A DNA stretch of 64,000 bases. Origin: Nitrospirota bacterium (GTDB lineage: Bacteria; Nitrospirota; UBA9217). The stretch covers positions 128,001-192,000 of the forward strand of contig CAWIYV010000007.1 of assembly GCA_963840455.1 (NCBI GenBank), written 5' to 3'. The notes below the pieces were generated by a model, which was not told the origin of the DNA, ran no database searches, and saw nothing but the letters and a program-made list of their open reading frames with translations. This document shows positions 1 through 10,597 of the stretch, one piece after another. How positions within the stretch are numbered: the stretch's first letter is position 1; every line of letters starts with the position of its first letter. A program made the translations under genes and the position numbers.

Positions 1-656
1 TCAGCGCTCTGTGTCCAGTCAATACGGCCGTCCTCCGGCCTGCGGCCGCCGAAAGAGGTGGCCTGCGACTCGTCCTGCCGTATCCGCGGGGTCGTGCCCG
101 CCTTGATGGCGTCGATCTGCCGCTCGAGCACCTTCCGCGCGGCAAGGGTCACTTTGTTGAAGACGTCGAAGGCCGTATCGTCCGGACCGATGGGCACCGC
201 CTCCTGGTCCACGATGTCGCCGGCGTCGGCCCGCTTTACCATGGTATGGAGCGTGGCGCCGGTCTCGCGTTCGCCGTGCAGGACCGCCCAATTGATCGGC
301 ACCCGGCCGCGGTATTTCGGGAGCAGCGACCCGTGCATGTTGTAGGCGCCGAGGCGGGGGATCGACAGGACCTTCTCGCTGATCATGTTGCGGTAGTAGA
401 ACGACAAGATGATGTCCGGCCTCATGCCCCTGATCTTCTCCGTCCATACCGGCGTGTTCACCGATTCCGGCGTGTGGACCGGGATGCCGTTCGCGAGGGC
501 AAGGGCGGCCACGGACCGGAACCAGATCTCTTCCTTCGGATTGTCCTCATGGGTGAAGACGCCGACAATGTTCTCACCCCGCCGGATGAGCATGTCGAGG
601 CATTCGTAGCCCACGTTGTGGTAGGCGAAGACGAGGATGGAAGGGCGGTCAGGCAT
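1..656 (-). CDS. UDP-L-Ara4N formyltransferase (stand-alone ArnA N-terminal-like domain), 3' end runs off the window
   Basis: Not in the ORF track; translated by hand from ATG 656: MPDRPSILVFAYHNVGYECL...FYYRNM...YNMHGSLLPKYRGRVPINWAVLHGE...DAGDI, the formyltransferase signature; overlaps the arnC stop. Confidence 0.9.
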   Translation of the reverse strand, partial: MPDRPSILVFAYHNVGYECLDMLIRRGENIVGVFTHEDNPKEEIWFRSVAALALANGIPVHTPESVNTPVWTEKIRGMRPDIILSFYYRNMISEKVLSIPRLGAYNMHGSLLPKYRGRVPINWAVLHGERETGATLHTMVKRADAGDIVDQEAVPIGPDDTAFDVFNKVTLAARKVLERQIDAIKAGTTPRIRQDESQATSFGGRRPEDGRIDWTQSA

Positions 657-1590
657 CGATGTCCTCGTACACCTCGCGGACCACGAAGCGCGGCCGCCTG
701 CGGACCTCCTTGTAGATGCGGCCGATGTACTCGCCGATGATGCCCAGGCCCATCATAGCGACGCCAACAAGGAAGTAAAGGATGGCGAAGAGGGTGAACA
801 GCCCCTCTGCCTCGGGGCCCACGATCAGTCGGCGGATGAGGAGGAAGACGACGAAGAGCAGGCTCAGGACGGCGACAACGATGCCGAAGACCGTGAAGAC
901 CTGGAGCGGCACTACCGAAAAGCCGGTCATGAGGTCGAAGTTGAGCCGCACGAGGTCGTAGATCCGGTACTTGGACTCGCCGGCCGCGCGGGCGGCATGC
1001 TCAACCTCCACCTCCGCGGGGCTTGCCGAATAGCTGTAGGCAAGCGCAGGGATGAACGTCGAGGTCTCGCCGCTGGCCACGATGGCCTCGACGATGTTCC
1101 TCCGGTAGGCCCGGAGCATGCAGCCCTGGTCGCGCATGCTGATCCGGGTGATCTTGGCGCGGATGCCGTTGATGATCCGTGACGCGTATTTCCGGAAGAA
1201 GGTGTCCTGGCGGTTCTTCCGGTAGCCGCCCACGGAGTCGTGGCCCGCCTCGATGGCTGCGAGCAGCTTGGGGATCTCCTCGGGCGGGTTCTGGAGGTCG
1301 GCGTCGAGTGTCACGACCACGTCGCCGCGCACCCGTTCGAAGGCCGCCATGATGGCCATGTGCTGGCCGAAGTTGCCGTTGAAGTCGATGACCCGCACCT
1401 GCTTCGGTCGCTGCTTGTGGAACTCCTTCAGCATCTCGCCGGAGCGGTCGCGGCTGCCGTCGTTCGTGAACAGGACCTCCCAGGTCTTGCCGGTCTTGTC
1501 CATGGCCGCCGTGAGGCGCGTGAACAGTGCCGCAAGGTTGTCCTGCTCGTTGTAGACGGGGATGACGATGCTGACATAGGGTTTTGCCAT
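649..1590 (-). CDS. arnC: Undecaprenyl-phosphate L-Ara4FN transferase (GT2)
   Basis: SIVIPVYNE, DGSRD, NFGQHMAI, TLDADLQNPPEEIP motifs plus two C-terminal TM helices; arn context. Start set at ATG 1590. Confidence 0.9.
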   Translation of the reverse strand: MAKPYVSIVIPVYNEQDNLAALFTRLTAAMDKTGKTWEVLFTNDGSRDRSGEMLKEFHKQRPKQVRVIDFNGNFGQHMAIMAAFERVRGDVVVTLDADLQNPPEEIPKLLAAIEAGHDSVGGYRKNRQDTFFRKYASRIINGIRAKITRISMRDQGCMLRAYRRNIVEAIVASGETSTFIPALAYSYSASPAEVEVEHAARAAGESKYRIYDLVRLNFDLMTGFSVVPLQVFTVFGIVVAVLSLLFVVFLLIRRLIVGPEAEGLFTLFAILYFLVGVAMMGLGIIGEYIGRIYKEVRRRPRFVVREVYEDIDA

Positions 1591-1656
1591 GGTTCCTGTC
1601 TCCACAATATAAGAACGACAACCTGATGCCAGGGAACTGTGAAGGCCAAAAAGAGG

Positions 1657-1735
1657 GCCGCACTGAGGCGCGAAGAGCGCGAAGGTTTGACCCAGGAATC
1701 AGTTTTTCTTAACGTCCTTGGCGTCTTTGCGGTAA
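1657..1735. repeat. 9-nt-unit inverted repeat element between arnB and arnC
   Basis: Left arm ccgcactga-ggcgcgaag-agcgcgaag; right arm cttaacgtc-cttggcgtc-tttgcggt; imperfectly complementary. Confidence 0.65.
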
Positions 1736-1768
1736 ATCGAATTTCCTGAGCCGGTCATGCATGAGACA

Positions 1769-2941
1769 TCAACTTTTAATCTTGAATAGGTCCTTCATCG
1801 CAACGATGACCCGGTCCTGGTCCGCGTCGGTCATCAGCGGGAAGAGCGGCAGGCTCACGATGCGGTCCGAGATGGTCTCGGCGACCGGGAAGTCGCCGTG
1901 CTTGAAGCCGAACTGCTCACGGTAGTAGGGATAGAGGTGCACGGCGCGGTAGTGCAGCCCGGTGCCGATGTTCCGGTCCTTCATACCCTGCATAAAGGCG
2001 TCGCGGTCCATCTTCGCGGCGTCAGGATTGATGAGCGGCGTGTAGAGGTGCCAGGCATGAAGATGCGGATACGCTGGCGCCGTGGTGAGGGTCCACTGTG
2101 GCCACCCGGCGAGGAGCCTGTGATAGCGGAGCGCGAGCTCAGTGCGGCGTTTGATAAAGCCATCCAGCTGCTTCAGCTGATGGAGCCCCAGGGCCGCCTG
2201 GATGTCCATCATGTTGTACTTGTATCCCGGCGCGATGATCTCGTAGTGCTGGCTGCCCTTCTTGCCAAAGCGGTTCCAGGCCTCGCGGTCCATGCCATGG
2301 AAACGGAGCAGGGCCACGTCGCCGGCCATCTTCTCGTCCCGCGTGGCAACGCATCCGCCCTCGCCGGTGGTCATGTTCTTGTTGGGGTGGAAGCTGAAGA
2401 CCTGGATGTCGCCGAAACTGCCGATGCGCTTTCCCCTGTACTCAGTGCCGATAGCGTGGGCCGCGTCCTCGATGACCCGGAGGTTGTGCCGCTTCGCGAT
2501 GTCATACAGCGGGTCCAGGTCAACAGGGAGGCCGGCGAAGTGCACCGGCATGATGGCGCGCGTGCGCTTCGTCACGGCCTTTTCGACCGACCTCACCTCC
2601 ATATTATAGGTCCCGGGCTCAACGTCCACCAGCACCGGCTTCCCGCCGGCAAGGACGATGGTGTTCAGCGTGGCCGCGAAGGTCATGGGCGTGGTGATGA
2701 CCTCGTCCCCGGGCTGGAGCTTCAGAGCGGTCAGCACGAGGTGGAGGCCCGCAGTTGCCGAGGTGAGGGCGAGGACCTGCGGAGCGCCGAGGTAGGCCTT
2801 CAGGTCGTCCTCGAACTGCTTGACCCTCGGACCCGTGGTGATCCACCCGGATTTCAGGCACGATACGACCTCGTCGATCGCTTCCGGGGAGATCGAGGGG
2901 CGGGAGAAGGGAAGAAATTCTTCTGGTTTGTTTTCTGACAT
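1769..2941 (-). CDS. arnB: UDP-4-amino-4-deoxy-L-arabinose aminotransferase (DegT/DnrJ family, PLP)
   Basis: SGWITTGP, IEDAAHA, FSFHPNKNMTTGEGG (PLP lysine), GYKYNM. Start at ATG 2941 with GAGG upstream. Confidence 0.92.
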   Translation of the reverse strand: MSENKPEEFLPFSRPSISPEAIDEVVSCLKSGWITTGPRVKQFEDDLKAYLGAPQVLALTSATAGLHLVLTALKLQPGDEVITTPMTFAATLNTIVLAGGKPVLVDVEPGTYNMEVRSVEKAVTKRTRAIMPVHFAGLPVDLDPLYDIAKRHNLRVIEDAAHAIGTEYRGKRIGSFGDIQVFSFHPNKNMTTGEGGCVATRDEKMAGDVALLRFHGMDREAWNRFGKKGSQHYEIIAPGYKYNMMDIQAALGLHQLKQLDGFIKRRTELALRYHRLLAGWPQWTLTTAPAYPHLHAWHLYTPLINPDAAKMDRDAFMQGMKDRNIGTGLHYRAVHLYPYYREQFGFKHGDFPVAETISDRIVSLPLFPLMTDADQDRVIVAMKDLFKIKS

Positions 2942-2982
2942 CGTAATCCTCAAGAACAAGGAGCCGGCCGACAAAAAAAGGA

Positions 2983-3065
2983 TTTACCGCAGAGAGCGCG
3001 GAGCGAGCTGAGAGAGAATGGAGCAGATAAAAAACTCTGCGATCTCTGCGTGCTCTGCGGAGAAA
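2983..3065. repeat. 9-nt-unit inverted repeat element (accgcagag...ctctgcgg) upstream of arnB
   Basis: tttaccgcagag-agcgcggag-cgagctgag ... ctctgcgat-ctctgcgtg-ctctgcggagaaa; same design as 40421-40509. Confidence 0.8.
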
Positions 3066-3082
3066 AAGGATATTTAAGTGTT

Positions 3083-3448
3083 TCAGCTTCTCGTGACGAA
3101 GTACACGCCCACGCAGATGATCAGGATGCCGGTGATGCGCGTGAGCGAGAGGTTCTCCTGGAACAGGTAGTAGCCCGCCACGGCGTTCACGATGTAGCCC
3201 ACGCTCAGAAGGGGGTAGGCGAAGCTCACCTCCACGCGAGACAGGACCAGGAGCCACACGCCGACGCTCACGACGTAGCAGGCCAGGCCGGCAAGGACAA
3301 AAAGGTTTCCCGCGACCATGAACCCGATGGGGACGATATTGGCCCAGATGAACTCGAAGTGTCCGATGCGGCGCATGCCCTCTTTCAGGAAGAGCTGTGC
3401 AGCTGCGTTCAGCATCACACCGAGCATGATCAGCGGCAGATAGTTCAC
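3083..3448 (-). CDS. L-Ara4N-phosphoundecaprenol flippase subunit (ArnE/ArnF-like, SMR/EamA)
   Basis: 121 aa, four TM helices, AQLFLK and VSFAYPLLS motifs; arn context. Confidence 0.85.
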   Translation of the reverse strand: MNYLPLIMLGVMLNAAAQLFLKEGMRRIGHFEFIWANIVPIGFMVAGNLFVLAGLACYVVSVGVWLLVLSRVEVSFAYPLLSVGYIVNAVAGYYLFQENLSLTRITGILIICVGVYFVTRS

Positions 3449-5148
3449 GGGGATTCCTCCCGGTTCACCAGGGTCACGTGCTGGGGGGTAGGGGACTCCT
3501 CAACGATGTGATAGTGACCCAGCCCGCTATTCACGAGTCTAACATAATTTTCCTTATTCGTCACCAGGAAGACTCGGTTCGGGCCGTTCCATCGCCGCCA
3601 GAACTCATCTTCATTAATCATCCAGCTGCTCGTGTCCTCGACCTTGGTCCCAAAATCCAGCTCCCCGGTCCATTCAACGACGGTGATCCTCCGTTCAAGG
3701 TACACCGGGAGGTCCTGATAGTACGTACGGTAGCTCATGACCTCGTCTTCCGGCCTGAGCAGCGGCTTCAGCAGAAGCGACTCATCCTTCAAAGAACGCA
3801 TGTCGAGATGGGGCATTGCCGTGTTCGCGGTGATCAGGAATAGGCTTGTTGCGGCAATGAGCGCTGCGAGCGATCGCTGGATGCCGTATTGTTTTTTCAG
3901 GAACCAGGTGATTGCGACGCTTGCAAGAAGGATGACGATGAGCGCCACCGAGTAGGGTCGGAACACTGCAACGTCTATCTCAGGCCGGAACCGCGGAAGG
4001 AGCGCCAGGGCCGCGGCAAGGGCCAGGGCCAGGAAGAAAAGGCCGACGTAGGCGACCTGGAACCCGGGGATCGCTCCCTGTTCCCAGGCATCGGCAAGAT
4101 ACTTCCCGATGATCAGCGCGAGAGGCGGGAACACCGGCAGGATATAGGGAATCAGTTTGGAGCTCGATGCGGAGAAGAACAGGAAGATCAGGCCGGCCCA
4201 GAGCAGCAAGAAGACCGTCTCCCGGTGCAGGTGCCGGTCCTTCCAACGGGGGAGCACCCGCCGCACAGCCTGGACCAGGAACGCGGACCAGGGGAAGAGA
4301 CCTCCCGCAAGCACGGGGATGAAGAACCAGAAGGGCTTGAACCGTCCGTGCACCTTGGTGAGGTACCGCTCGAAATGTTCATGGATGAAATAGAAATTGA
4401 AGAACTCGGGATTCGCCCGCTGCACGAGGATGTGCCAGGGCGCCGCGATCAGCAGGAAGAGGGCGATTCCCGAGGGAAGATACAGTGAGCGCAGGATGCT
4501 CCACTGGTTCATGATGAGCATCCAGACGAAGATGATCATCCCCGGGATAGCGACGCCGATCAGACCCTTGGTCAGCATGGTCAGGCCGCAGCCTGCGTAG
4601 AAGACGTAGAGCAGCGCGCGCCGCTTCCATCCGTCCGGTTCGCGCAGGGCGATCAGGAACGCGCAGAGCGACAGGGTGAGCAGTGCCGTTACCGGCAAGT
4701 CGAGAATAACCGTCCTGCTCAATGCGTAGTAAAGGACGCTCGTTGCCAGGACGATCGCCGACAGAATGCCGGCGCGGCGGCTGAAGAGCTTCGTCCCGGC
4801 CATATAGAGGGAAAGGCAGCCCAGGAGGGCGAAAAAGGCCGGAACGAGACGCACCGACCATTCGGACAGGCCGAAGAGTTTGATGGACAGCGCCGTGATC
4901 CAGTAGACGAGCGGGGGCTTCTCGAAGTACTTGACGCCGTTCAAGCGCGGGGTGAGCCAGTCGCCGGTAACGACCATCTCCCGCGGGATCTCGACATAGC
5001 GGCCCTCATCAGGCACGGACAGGGGGCGGCTGCCGAGGAACAGGGCAAAGAACAGCCCGATCATGACGATAAGGATGACGATGTCCCGCGGTTGGGTACC
5101 AGTCCGAAGATCTTTTACGGCATCGGTTTCACGGGTTCCAGTTGGCAT
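3445..5148 (-). CDS. arnT: 4-amino-4-deoxy-L-arabinose lipid A transferase
   Basis: PDEGRYVEIPREM, YFEKPPL, LTKG, SKLIPYILP; polytopic membrane protein. Exact start uncertain. Confidence 0.88.
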   Translation of the reverse strand: MPTGTRETDAVKDLRTGTQPRDIVILIVMIGLFFALFLGSRPLSVPDEGRYVEIPREMVVTGDWLTPRLNGVKYFEKPPLVYWITALSIKLFGLSEWSVRLVPAFFALLGCLSLYMAGTKLFSRRAGILSAIVLATSVLYYALSRTVILDLPVTALLTLSLCAFLIALREPDGWKRRALLYVFYAGCGLTMLTKGLIGVAIPGMIIFVWMLIMNQWSILRSLYLPSGIALFLLIAAPWHILVQRANPEFFNFYFIHEHFERYLTKVHGRFKPFWFFIPVLAGGLFPWSAFLVQAVRRVLPRWKDRHLHRETVFLLLWAGLIFLFFSASSSKLIPYILPVFPPLALIIGKYLADAWEQGAIPGFQVAYVGLFFLALALAAALALLPRFRPEIDVAVFRPYSVALIVILLASVAITWFLKKQYGIQRSLAALIAATSLFLITANTAMPHLDMRSLKDESLLLKPLLRPEDEVMSYRTYYQDLPVYLERRITVVEWTGELDFGTKVEDTSSWMINEDEFWRRWNGPNRVFLVTNKENYVRLVNSGLGHYHIVEESPTPQHVTLVNREESP

Positions 5149-5242
5149 GGGGGAAAGTCTAGCGTGTCAGCGTCACGGATCTGGATGGAAGCGGCGACGA
5201 TCCAGGGCCCTATAATATCGTTGAACTGTTCGGTTGTCAATT

Positions 5243-6913
5243 CTATTTCAGACGGATCATATCCGAAGAAAGAGGCTGCGGATGCTGGCCGGGGTGGGGT
5301 GATCGATGATAGAGCGTGAAGTGGTCTTTGGGGAGTTCCTGGGGCCTGATGCCTTCCCACAGGATATGCCAGTTGTGGCTTGAAGCGGTATCTATCCTGT
5401 CCCGGTCGAGTCCCACGAGCAAGAGGTCGCAGGGAACCGTGGTCTCGAACTCGAGAGGGCGGACCTGGACACCTGAATAATATTCCAGCATGGCGCGCTC
5501 CGATTCACCGATCCCGTAGGATGCAACGCATTGATACTGGTCGGGCAGTTTTTCGCGGAAAGAGGTGAAGACATCCCGGTAGCTCGTCTGCCCCTCGAAC
5601 CAGGGGAGCCAGAGGGTCATGGCGAGCCCCCAGGCGAACATCATCCCGGCGGCCCAGGAGACCGGAAAGGGAACGTTCTGCCGGAACAGCCTCTTCACGC
5701 CGGCCAGCCAGAGCGCGGTGATGAGCACGGCGCTGCCGAGAAGCAGCACGTCCAATGGCCGGTAATGGACGGTGCTCAGGGGAAGCTGTCGGGCGAGTAC
5801 CGGATGTCCGCATATCCGCGCCAGCCAGATCAGCCAGAGCGCCAGCCCCAGAAGGCCGAACAGGACCGTGATGATCCGATGGATGGATCCGGTAATTCGG
5901 TCCGGCAGTCTTTCGATGCCAGCGGCAGCCATCACGGTCATCGGCAGGAGGAAAGGAAGTGCGTAGAGCTCGCGGTTGCTTGACGAGGCGCTGAGCACCG
6001 CAAACAACACCAGAAGCGAGGCGAGGGGAAGTTCATAGACCGCGTGCTCCCGCATCTGTCTGCGGAAGGACCATAATGACCAGAGCGCCAGCGGGAGCAC
6101 GGGAAATGCGAGCCAGGTCAGGTTCAGGAGATAGTACCAATGACTGTCCCCGCTGCCGGCACGGGCGAAGCCGAGGAACCGTCCCAGGTTCTGGTACCAG
6201 AACCATTCCACGAAATACCCGCGGGAGCGGAGAAAGAGGGCCGCCGGCCAGATGACCAGCCACGGCAGGGCCGCAATGACCGCGACGCCGAGCGCCCTGG
6301 CGTACGCCTTTCTGCGCCATGCCGGGAACAGGAGGGGGAGTGCCAGCGCTGTGGCAGCGATCACGCCCGGCGCGAGCAGGCCCTTTGCCAGAAACCCGAT
6401 GCCCAGGCCGGTGCCGCTCCAAAAGCCTCCCCAGCCGGGACGCCGCCTGCTGATGGCAAGCCCGAAATAGGACGCTGAGAAACCGGTCAGGAGGGCCACG
6501 TCCGTGATCGTTTTGTGGGCAGGCATCTGGAGCAGCGTACATCCCATTAATATGAGGGGAGCGGTCCAGGCCGCGTCTGCCCCGGCGATCTCATGCGTGG
6601 TGAGAGCCAGGAAGAGCAGGGTCAGAAACATCCATGCGATGTTGACAAGCCGGACCGCGTCGTGAGGTGCCAGCAGTGAAGAGAAGAGCGATCCCGACAG
6701 GGCGGCGCTCAGGTAATAGAGGGGCGGCTTTTCGAGGAACGGCAGTCCGGCCACGGACGGCACGACCATATCCCAGGTCTGCATGATATGGTGGACAATG
6801 CCAAAGCTGTAAGGCTCGTCGGCCTTCCAGGGATCGCGGCCGATCAGGCCGGGAAGCATCCACAAGAGGAACAGGAATGCCAGGAGTATTTTCGGGACCT
6901 TTTTCACGGGCAC
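5243..6913 (-). CDS. Second ArnT/GT-C family glycosyltransferase
   Basis: DPWKADEP, FLEKPPLY, LAKG, RELYALP; polytopic. Start uncertain (GTG 6913 or 6907; ORF open to 7015). Confidence 0.8.
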   Translation of the reverse strand: MPVKKVPKILLAFLFLLWMLPGLIGRDPWKADEPYSFGIVHHIMQTWDMVVPSVAGLPFLEKPPLYYLSAALSGSLFSSLLAPHDAVRLVNIAWMFLTLLFLALTTHEIAGADAAWTAPLILMGCTLLQMPAHKTITDVALLTGFSASYFGLAISRRRPGWGGFWSGTGLGIGFLAKGLLAPGVIAATALALPLLFPAWRRKAYARALGVAVIAALPWLVIWPAALFLRSRGYFVEWFWYQNLGRFLGFARAGSGDSHWYYLLNLTWLAFPVLPLALWSLWSFRRQMREHAVYELPLASLLVLFAVLSASSSNRELYALPFLLPMTVMAAAGIERLPDRITGSIHRIITVLFGLLGLALWLIWLARICGHPVLARQLPLSTVHYRPLDVLLLGSAVLITALWLAGVKRLFRQNVPFPVSWAAGMMFAWGLAMTLWLPWFEGQTSYRDVFTSFREKLPDQYQCVASYGIGESERAMLEYYSGVQVRPLEFETTVPCDLLLVGLDRDRIDTASSHNWHILWEGIRPQELPKDHFTLYHRSPHPGQHPQPLSSDMIRLK

Positions 6914-7054
6914 GTGATGGTTCAGGATACGATCCTGAGAGCGGAAGCGCACGCGCCGGCAGGCCGGCGAGTGAGGAGGCAGGGCTACTCTATAAGGAAG
7001 GAGGGCATCTGTCAATCTGCTCCAGCACCGGGGGGATAGAGCATGATGGACCTG

Positions 7055-7738
7055 CTACGTGGCTGGTCCCTGTGACCTCATCTCGCAGGCCATGTGGCGG
7101 ATGACCTTGCCCTGCACCATGTACACCACCATCTCGGCGATGTTGGTGGCGTGATCGCCCACGCGCTCCAGGTACTTGGTGATGTAGGTGAGGCGTACGG
7201 CGCGGGCGATGTTCTTGGGGTCCTGCAGCATAAAGAGGAGCAGCTCGTTGAAGATCTGCTGGTTCAGGTTGTCCACGAAGTCGTCGGCAGCGCATACCTT
7301 CATGGCCAGGTCCGAGTCCTTCTCCACGAAGGCATCGAGACTGTCCTTCAGCATTTTCTGCGACGCTTCGGCCATGCGCGGAATGTCGATATAAGGCTTG
7401 AGTTGCGGCTCGTCGAGCAGTTCCAGGGAGCGCTCGCAGATGTCCACGGCCAGGTCGCCCATGCGCTCCAGGTCCGTGATGATCTTGATGGCCGTGGTGA
7501 TGAACCGCAGGTCGCTTCCTGTGGGCTGCCAGATGGCCAGGAGCCGGATGCACTCCTCCTCGATCTCCACGTCGTGCGTGTTGATGACGGTGTCGCCGTC
7601 GATGACGGCCAGCGCCAGCTGTCGGTCGCGCTCCACCAGCGCCTTGATGGACTTCCGGATGGCGTCCTCCACCAGGCTGCCCATCCTGAGTACCCGGTCC
7701 TTCAGGTCCGAGAGGTCGTGTTCCAGTCTTCTTACCAT
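7055..7738 (-). CDS. phoU: Phosphate signalling protein PhoU
   Basis: Two PhoU repeats (DLERMGD, YLERVGDHATNIAE); ATG 7738 follows AAGGAGG. Confidence 0.95.
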   Translation of the reverse strand: MVRRLEHDLSDLKDRVLRMGSLVEDAIRKSIKALVERDRQLALAVIDGDTVINTHDVEIEEECIRLLAIWQPTGSDLRFITTAIKIITDLERMGDLAVDICERSLELLDEPQLKPYIDIPRMAEASQKMLKDSLDAFVEKDSDLAMKVCAADDFVDNLNQQIFNELLLFMLQDPKNIARAVRLTYITKYLERVGDHATNIAEMVVYMVQGKVIRHMACEMRSQGPAT

Positions 7739-7755
7739 GAGGGCCTCCTTTTTCA

Positions 7756-7808
7756 ATTTCCGGATCTCGGATTTATCAATCCCCATTCAGGAATCCGCGA
7801 TCCGCAAT
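7756..7808. repeat. 7-nt-unit (attgcgg/ccgcaat type) inverted repeat between pstB and phoU
   Basis: atttccgg-atctcgg-att ... aatcccc-attcagg-aatccgc-gatccgc-aat; same unit as 34036-34060 and 46313-46389. Confidence 0.65.
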
Positions 7809-7812
7809 GCTT

Positions 7813-8577
7813 CTACCCGAACCTTCCCGTAATGTAATCGTCGGTCTGTTTCTTCTCCGGCGTCGTGAATATCTTCTCTGTCGTGCCGAACTCGACGAGT
7901 TCGCCGAGGTACATGAAGCCCGTCATGTCCGAGACCCGCGCTGCCTGCTGCATGTTGTGGGTCACGATGATGATGGTGACGTACTGCTTGAGCGATGCGA
8001 TCAGCTCCTCGATCTTAGCCGTCGAGATCGGGTCGAGCGCCGAGGTCGGTTCGTCAAAGAGCAGGATGTCGGGCTCCACGGCCAGCGCCCGGGCGATGAC
8101 CAGGCGCTGCTGCTGGCCTCCTGAGAGGTCGTAGGCGCTGTTGTTCAGCTTGCCGCGGACCTCGTCCCAGAGCGCCGCCTGCTTCAGCGCCCGCTCGATG
8201 CGGTCCACCAGCTCCGACTTGGTCCGGATCCCTTTCAAACGGAGGCCGTAGGCGATGTTCTCGGCAATGGACATGGGGAAGGGCGTGGGCTTCTGGAAGA
8301 CCATGCCGATCCTGCTCCGGAGCTTGATGAGGTCCTCTGCGTCTGACAGGATGTTCCTTCCCTCGAAGATGATCTCCCCCTCGTAGCGGTGGCGGGGGTA
8401 GAGGTCGTGCATACGGTTGAAGCACCGGAGGAGGGTCGTCTTGCCGCAGCCAGAGGGCCCGATGAGCGCGGTGACCTTCCGGTTCTGGATCGGCAGCGAG
8501 ACGTCATGCAGGGCACGGACAGCGCTGCTGTAGAAGAAATTGAGGTTCCTGACCTCGAGTTCGAGCGCCTGCGTCAT
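7813..8577 (-). CDS. pstB: Phosphate ABC transporter ATPase
   Basis: [43 protein letters not shown]; ATG 8577 overlaps the pstA stop. Confidence 0.96.
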   Translation of the reverse strand: MTQALELEVRNLNFFYSSAVRALHDVSLPIQNRKVTALIGPSGCGKTTLLRCFNRMHDLYPRHRYEGEIIFEGRNILSDAEDLIKLRSRIGMVFQKPTPFPMSIAENIAYGLRLKGIRTKSELVDRIERALKQAALWDEVRGKLNNSAYDLSGGQQQRLVIARALAVEPDILLFDEPTSALDPISTAKIEELIASLKQYVTIIIVTHNMQQAARVSDMTGFMYLGELVEFGTTEKIFTTPEKKQTDDYITGRFG

Positions 8578-9416
8578 TTCTTGTACCTCCATTTCAGGAG
8601 CGCCCGCCCCGTGATCGTGAGCCCGAGGATGAACAGCGTGATGACGAACGATGCTGCCCACGCCTGCCGGTGCCAGTCGTCATAGGGGCCCATGGCGTAC
8701 TGGAAGATGGTGACCGTGAGCGATGCCATGGGGCCGTTCATGTTGGTGGAGAAGAAGGAGTTGTTAAAGGACGTGAAGAGCAGCGGCGCGGTCTCGCCCG
8801 CCACCCGGGCGATGGACAGCAGGATCCCGGTCAGGATGCCCGTGGCTGCCCCGCGGTACACCACCTGGACGATGACCTTGTAGTACGGCGCGCCGAGCGC
8901 GAACGCGGCCTCTCGGATGGTCCAGGGCACGAGCGAGAGCATGTCCTCGGTGGTCCGGAGCACGACGGGGACCATGATCATTGCCAGGGCGACGGCGCCG
9001 GCCCAGCCGCTGAAATGATGGAGCGGCCGAACGAGGATAGCATACACGAAGGCGCCGATGACGATGGATGGCACGCTAACCATGATGTCTGCGAGGATGC
9101 TGATGACCCGGGCGAACGTCCTGCCACGGGCGTACTCGGCAAGGAACGTCCCGCCCAGCACGCCCACAGGAACGCCGATCAGCGTGGCGGCAAGCGTGAT
9201 CATCAGCTGGCCGACGAAGGCATGCCGGAGGCCGCCGCCTGCAACGCCGGCAGGCGCGGAGTCGTTGATGAAGAGGTCAAGCCGGAGCGCACTGATGCCG
9301 TTCGTCAGCACGTCGCCCAGAATGAAAACGAGCCAGAACAGGCCGAAGAGGGCGGCGAGTCCGCTCAGGGTGAGCGCGGCATAGTTCTGTATCTTGCGGG
9401 TCTGTTCGCGGGTCAT
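8574..9416 (-). CDS. pstA: Phosphate ABC transporter permease
   Basis: [28 protein letters not shown]. Confidence 0.95.
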   Translation of the reverse strand: MTREQTRKIQNYAALTLSGLAALFGLFWLVFILGDVLTNGISALRLDLFINDSAPAGVAGGGLRHAFVGQLMITLAATLIGVPVGVLGGTFLAEYARGRTFARVISILADIMVSVPSIVIGAFVYAILVRPLHHFSGWAGAVALAMIMVPVVLRTTEDMLSLVPWTIREAAFALGAPYYKVIVQVVYRGAATGILTGILLSIARVAGETAPLLFTSFNNSFFSTNMNGPMASLTVTIFQYAMGPYDDWHRQAWAASFVITLFILGLTITGRALLKWRYKK

Positions 9417-9445
9417 AGGTTCTTAACGGCGATCAAGTGCATGTC

Positions 9446-9526
9446 TCTCGCAAAGCCGCAAAGCTCGCCAAGAAAACCAAAGATAGGTCTCCGTATTCCC
9501 TTTGCGACCTTTGCGTCATGGCGAGA
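9446..9526. repeat. 9-nt-unit inverted repeat (cgcaaag/ctttgcg) between pstC and pstA
   Basis: tctcgcaaag-ccgcaaag-ctcgccaag ... ctttgcgac-ctttgcgtc-atggcgaga. Confidence 0.8.
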
Positions 9527-9541
9527 CAAAAGCTTTTGCTC

Positions 9542-10486
9542 TTATCTCGAATACTTCCTCTCCGCCCGGAGCAGGAAGATCTTCGCCACGGCCAGGGTGA
9601 TGAAGCTCAGGCCGAAGAGCACCAGCGCCAGGTAATAGAGCGACGACAGGTAGATATCACTGTCCGCCTCGGCGAACTCGTTCGCCAGGGTCACGGTGAT
9701 CGTCGAGGCCGCATCGAAAAGCGACGTGGCGATCTTGTGGCTGTTCCCGAGCACAAAGGCCACGGCCATGGTCTCGCCCAGCGCCCGCCCCAGGGACAGC
9801 GCCACGCCGCCGAAGACGCCGAGCTTGGAATAGGGCAGCACCACGTCCTTCACCACTTCCCACTGCGTTGCACCCATGGCATAGGCCGACTCCTTCACCA
9901 CTGACGGCGTCAGGTTGAAGGCGTCGCGGGAGATGCTGGCGGTAAAGGGGATGATCATGATGGCCAGGATCACGCTTGCCGTCAGCAGGTCGATGCCCAT
10001 GGGCGTTCCGTGGAACAGCACGTTGAAGACCGGCAGCTTACCGAAGGAGTTTTTCATGAATGGTTCGATGTGCTTCGCCATGAGCGGGGCCAGGGTGAAG
10101 AGCCCCCACATGCCGTAGATGATGCTCGGGATGGCGGCGAGCAGTTCGATGGCCGCGCCGATGGGTCCCTTCAGGATGTTCGGGGCGATCTCGGTCACGA
10201 AGATGGCGATGCCCACGGCGGTCGGGATGGCGATCAGCAGGGCGAGGAAGGTCGTGACCATGGTCCCGTAGACCGCGCTTGCCGCTCCGAAGACCTGTTT
10301 CACCGGGTTCCATTCGACCGTGAACAGGAACTGGAAAAAGCCGAACTTCCGGACAGCGGGCCAGGACTCCCACAGGAGCGTTGCCAGGACCCCGAGGATC
10401 AGCAGGATGACCGTGAATGAAGCAAGACCCGTCAGACCGGAGAACAGGAGATCGGCGACGTTCCGTTTGTATACGGGTTTGGCCAC
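9542..10486 (-). CDS. pstC: Phosphate ABC transporter permease
   Basis: ELLAAIPSIIYG, ESAYAMGAT, GRALGETMAV. Confidence 0.95.
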   Translation of the reverse strand: MAKPVYKRNVADLLFSGLTGLASFTVILLILGVLATLLWESWPAVRKFGFFQFLFTVEWNPVKQVFGAASAVYGTMVTTFLALLIAIPTAVGIAIFVTEIAPNILKGPIGAAIELLAAIPSIIYGMWGLFTLAPLMAKHIEPFMKNSFGKLPVFNVLFHGTPMGIDLLTASVILAIMIIPFTASISRDAFNLTPSVVKESAYAMGATQWEVVKDVVLPYSKLGVFGGVALSLGRALGETMAVAFVLGNSHKIATSLFDAASTITVTLANEFAEADSDIYLSSLYYLALVLFGLSFITLAVAKIFLLRAERKYSR

Positions 10487-10597
10487 GAGGGAGTACCGAG
10501 CCTTTCCTCTTGCTGCGACGTGAGGGAATAATAAAGCCGGCCAGACATAGTATACATGCCCGGCCCGCCGGTTTCAACCGGAGAGCGCTGTGTTCTG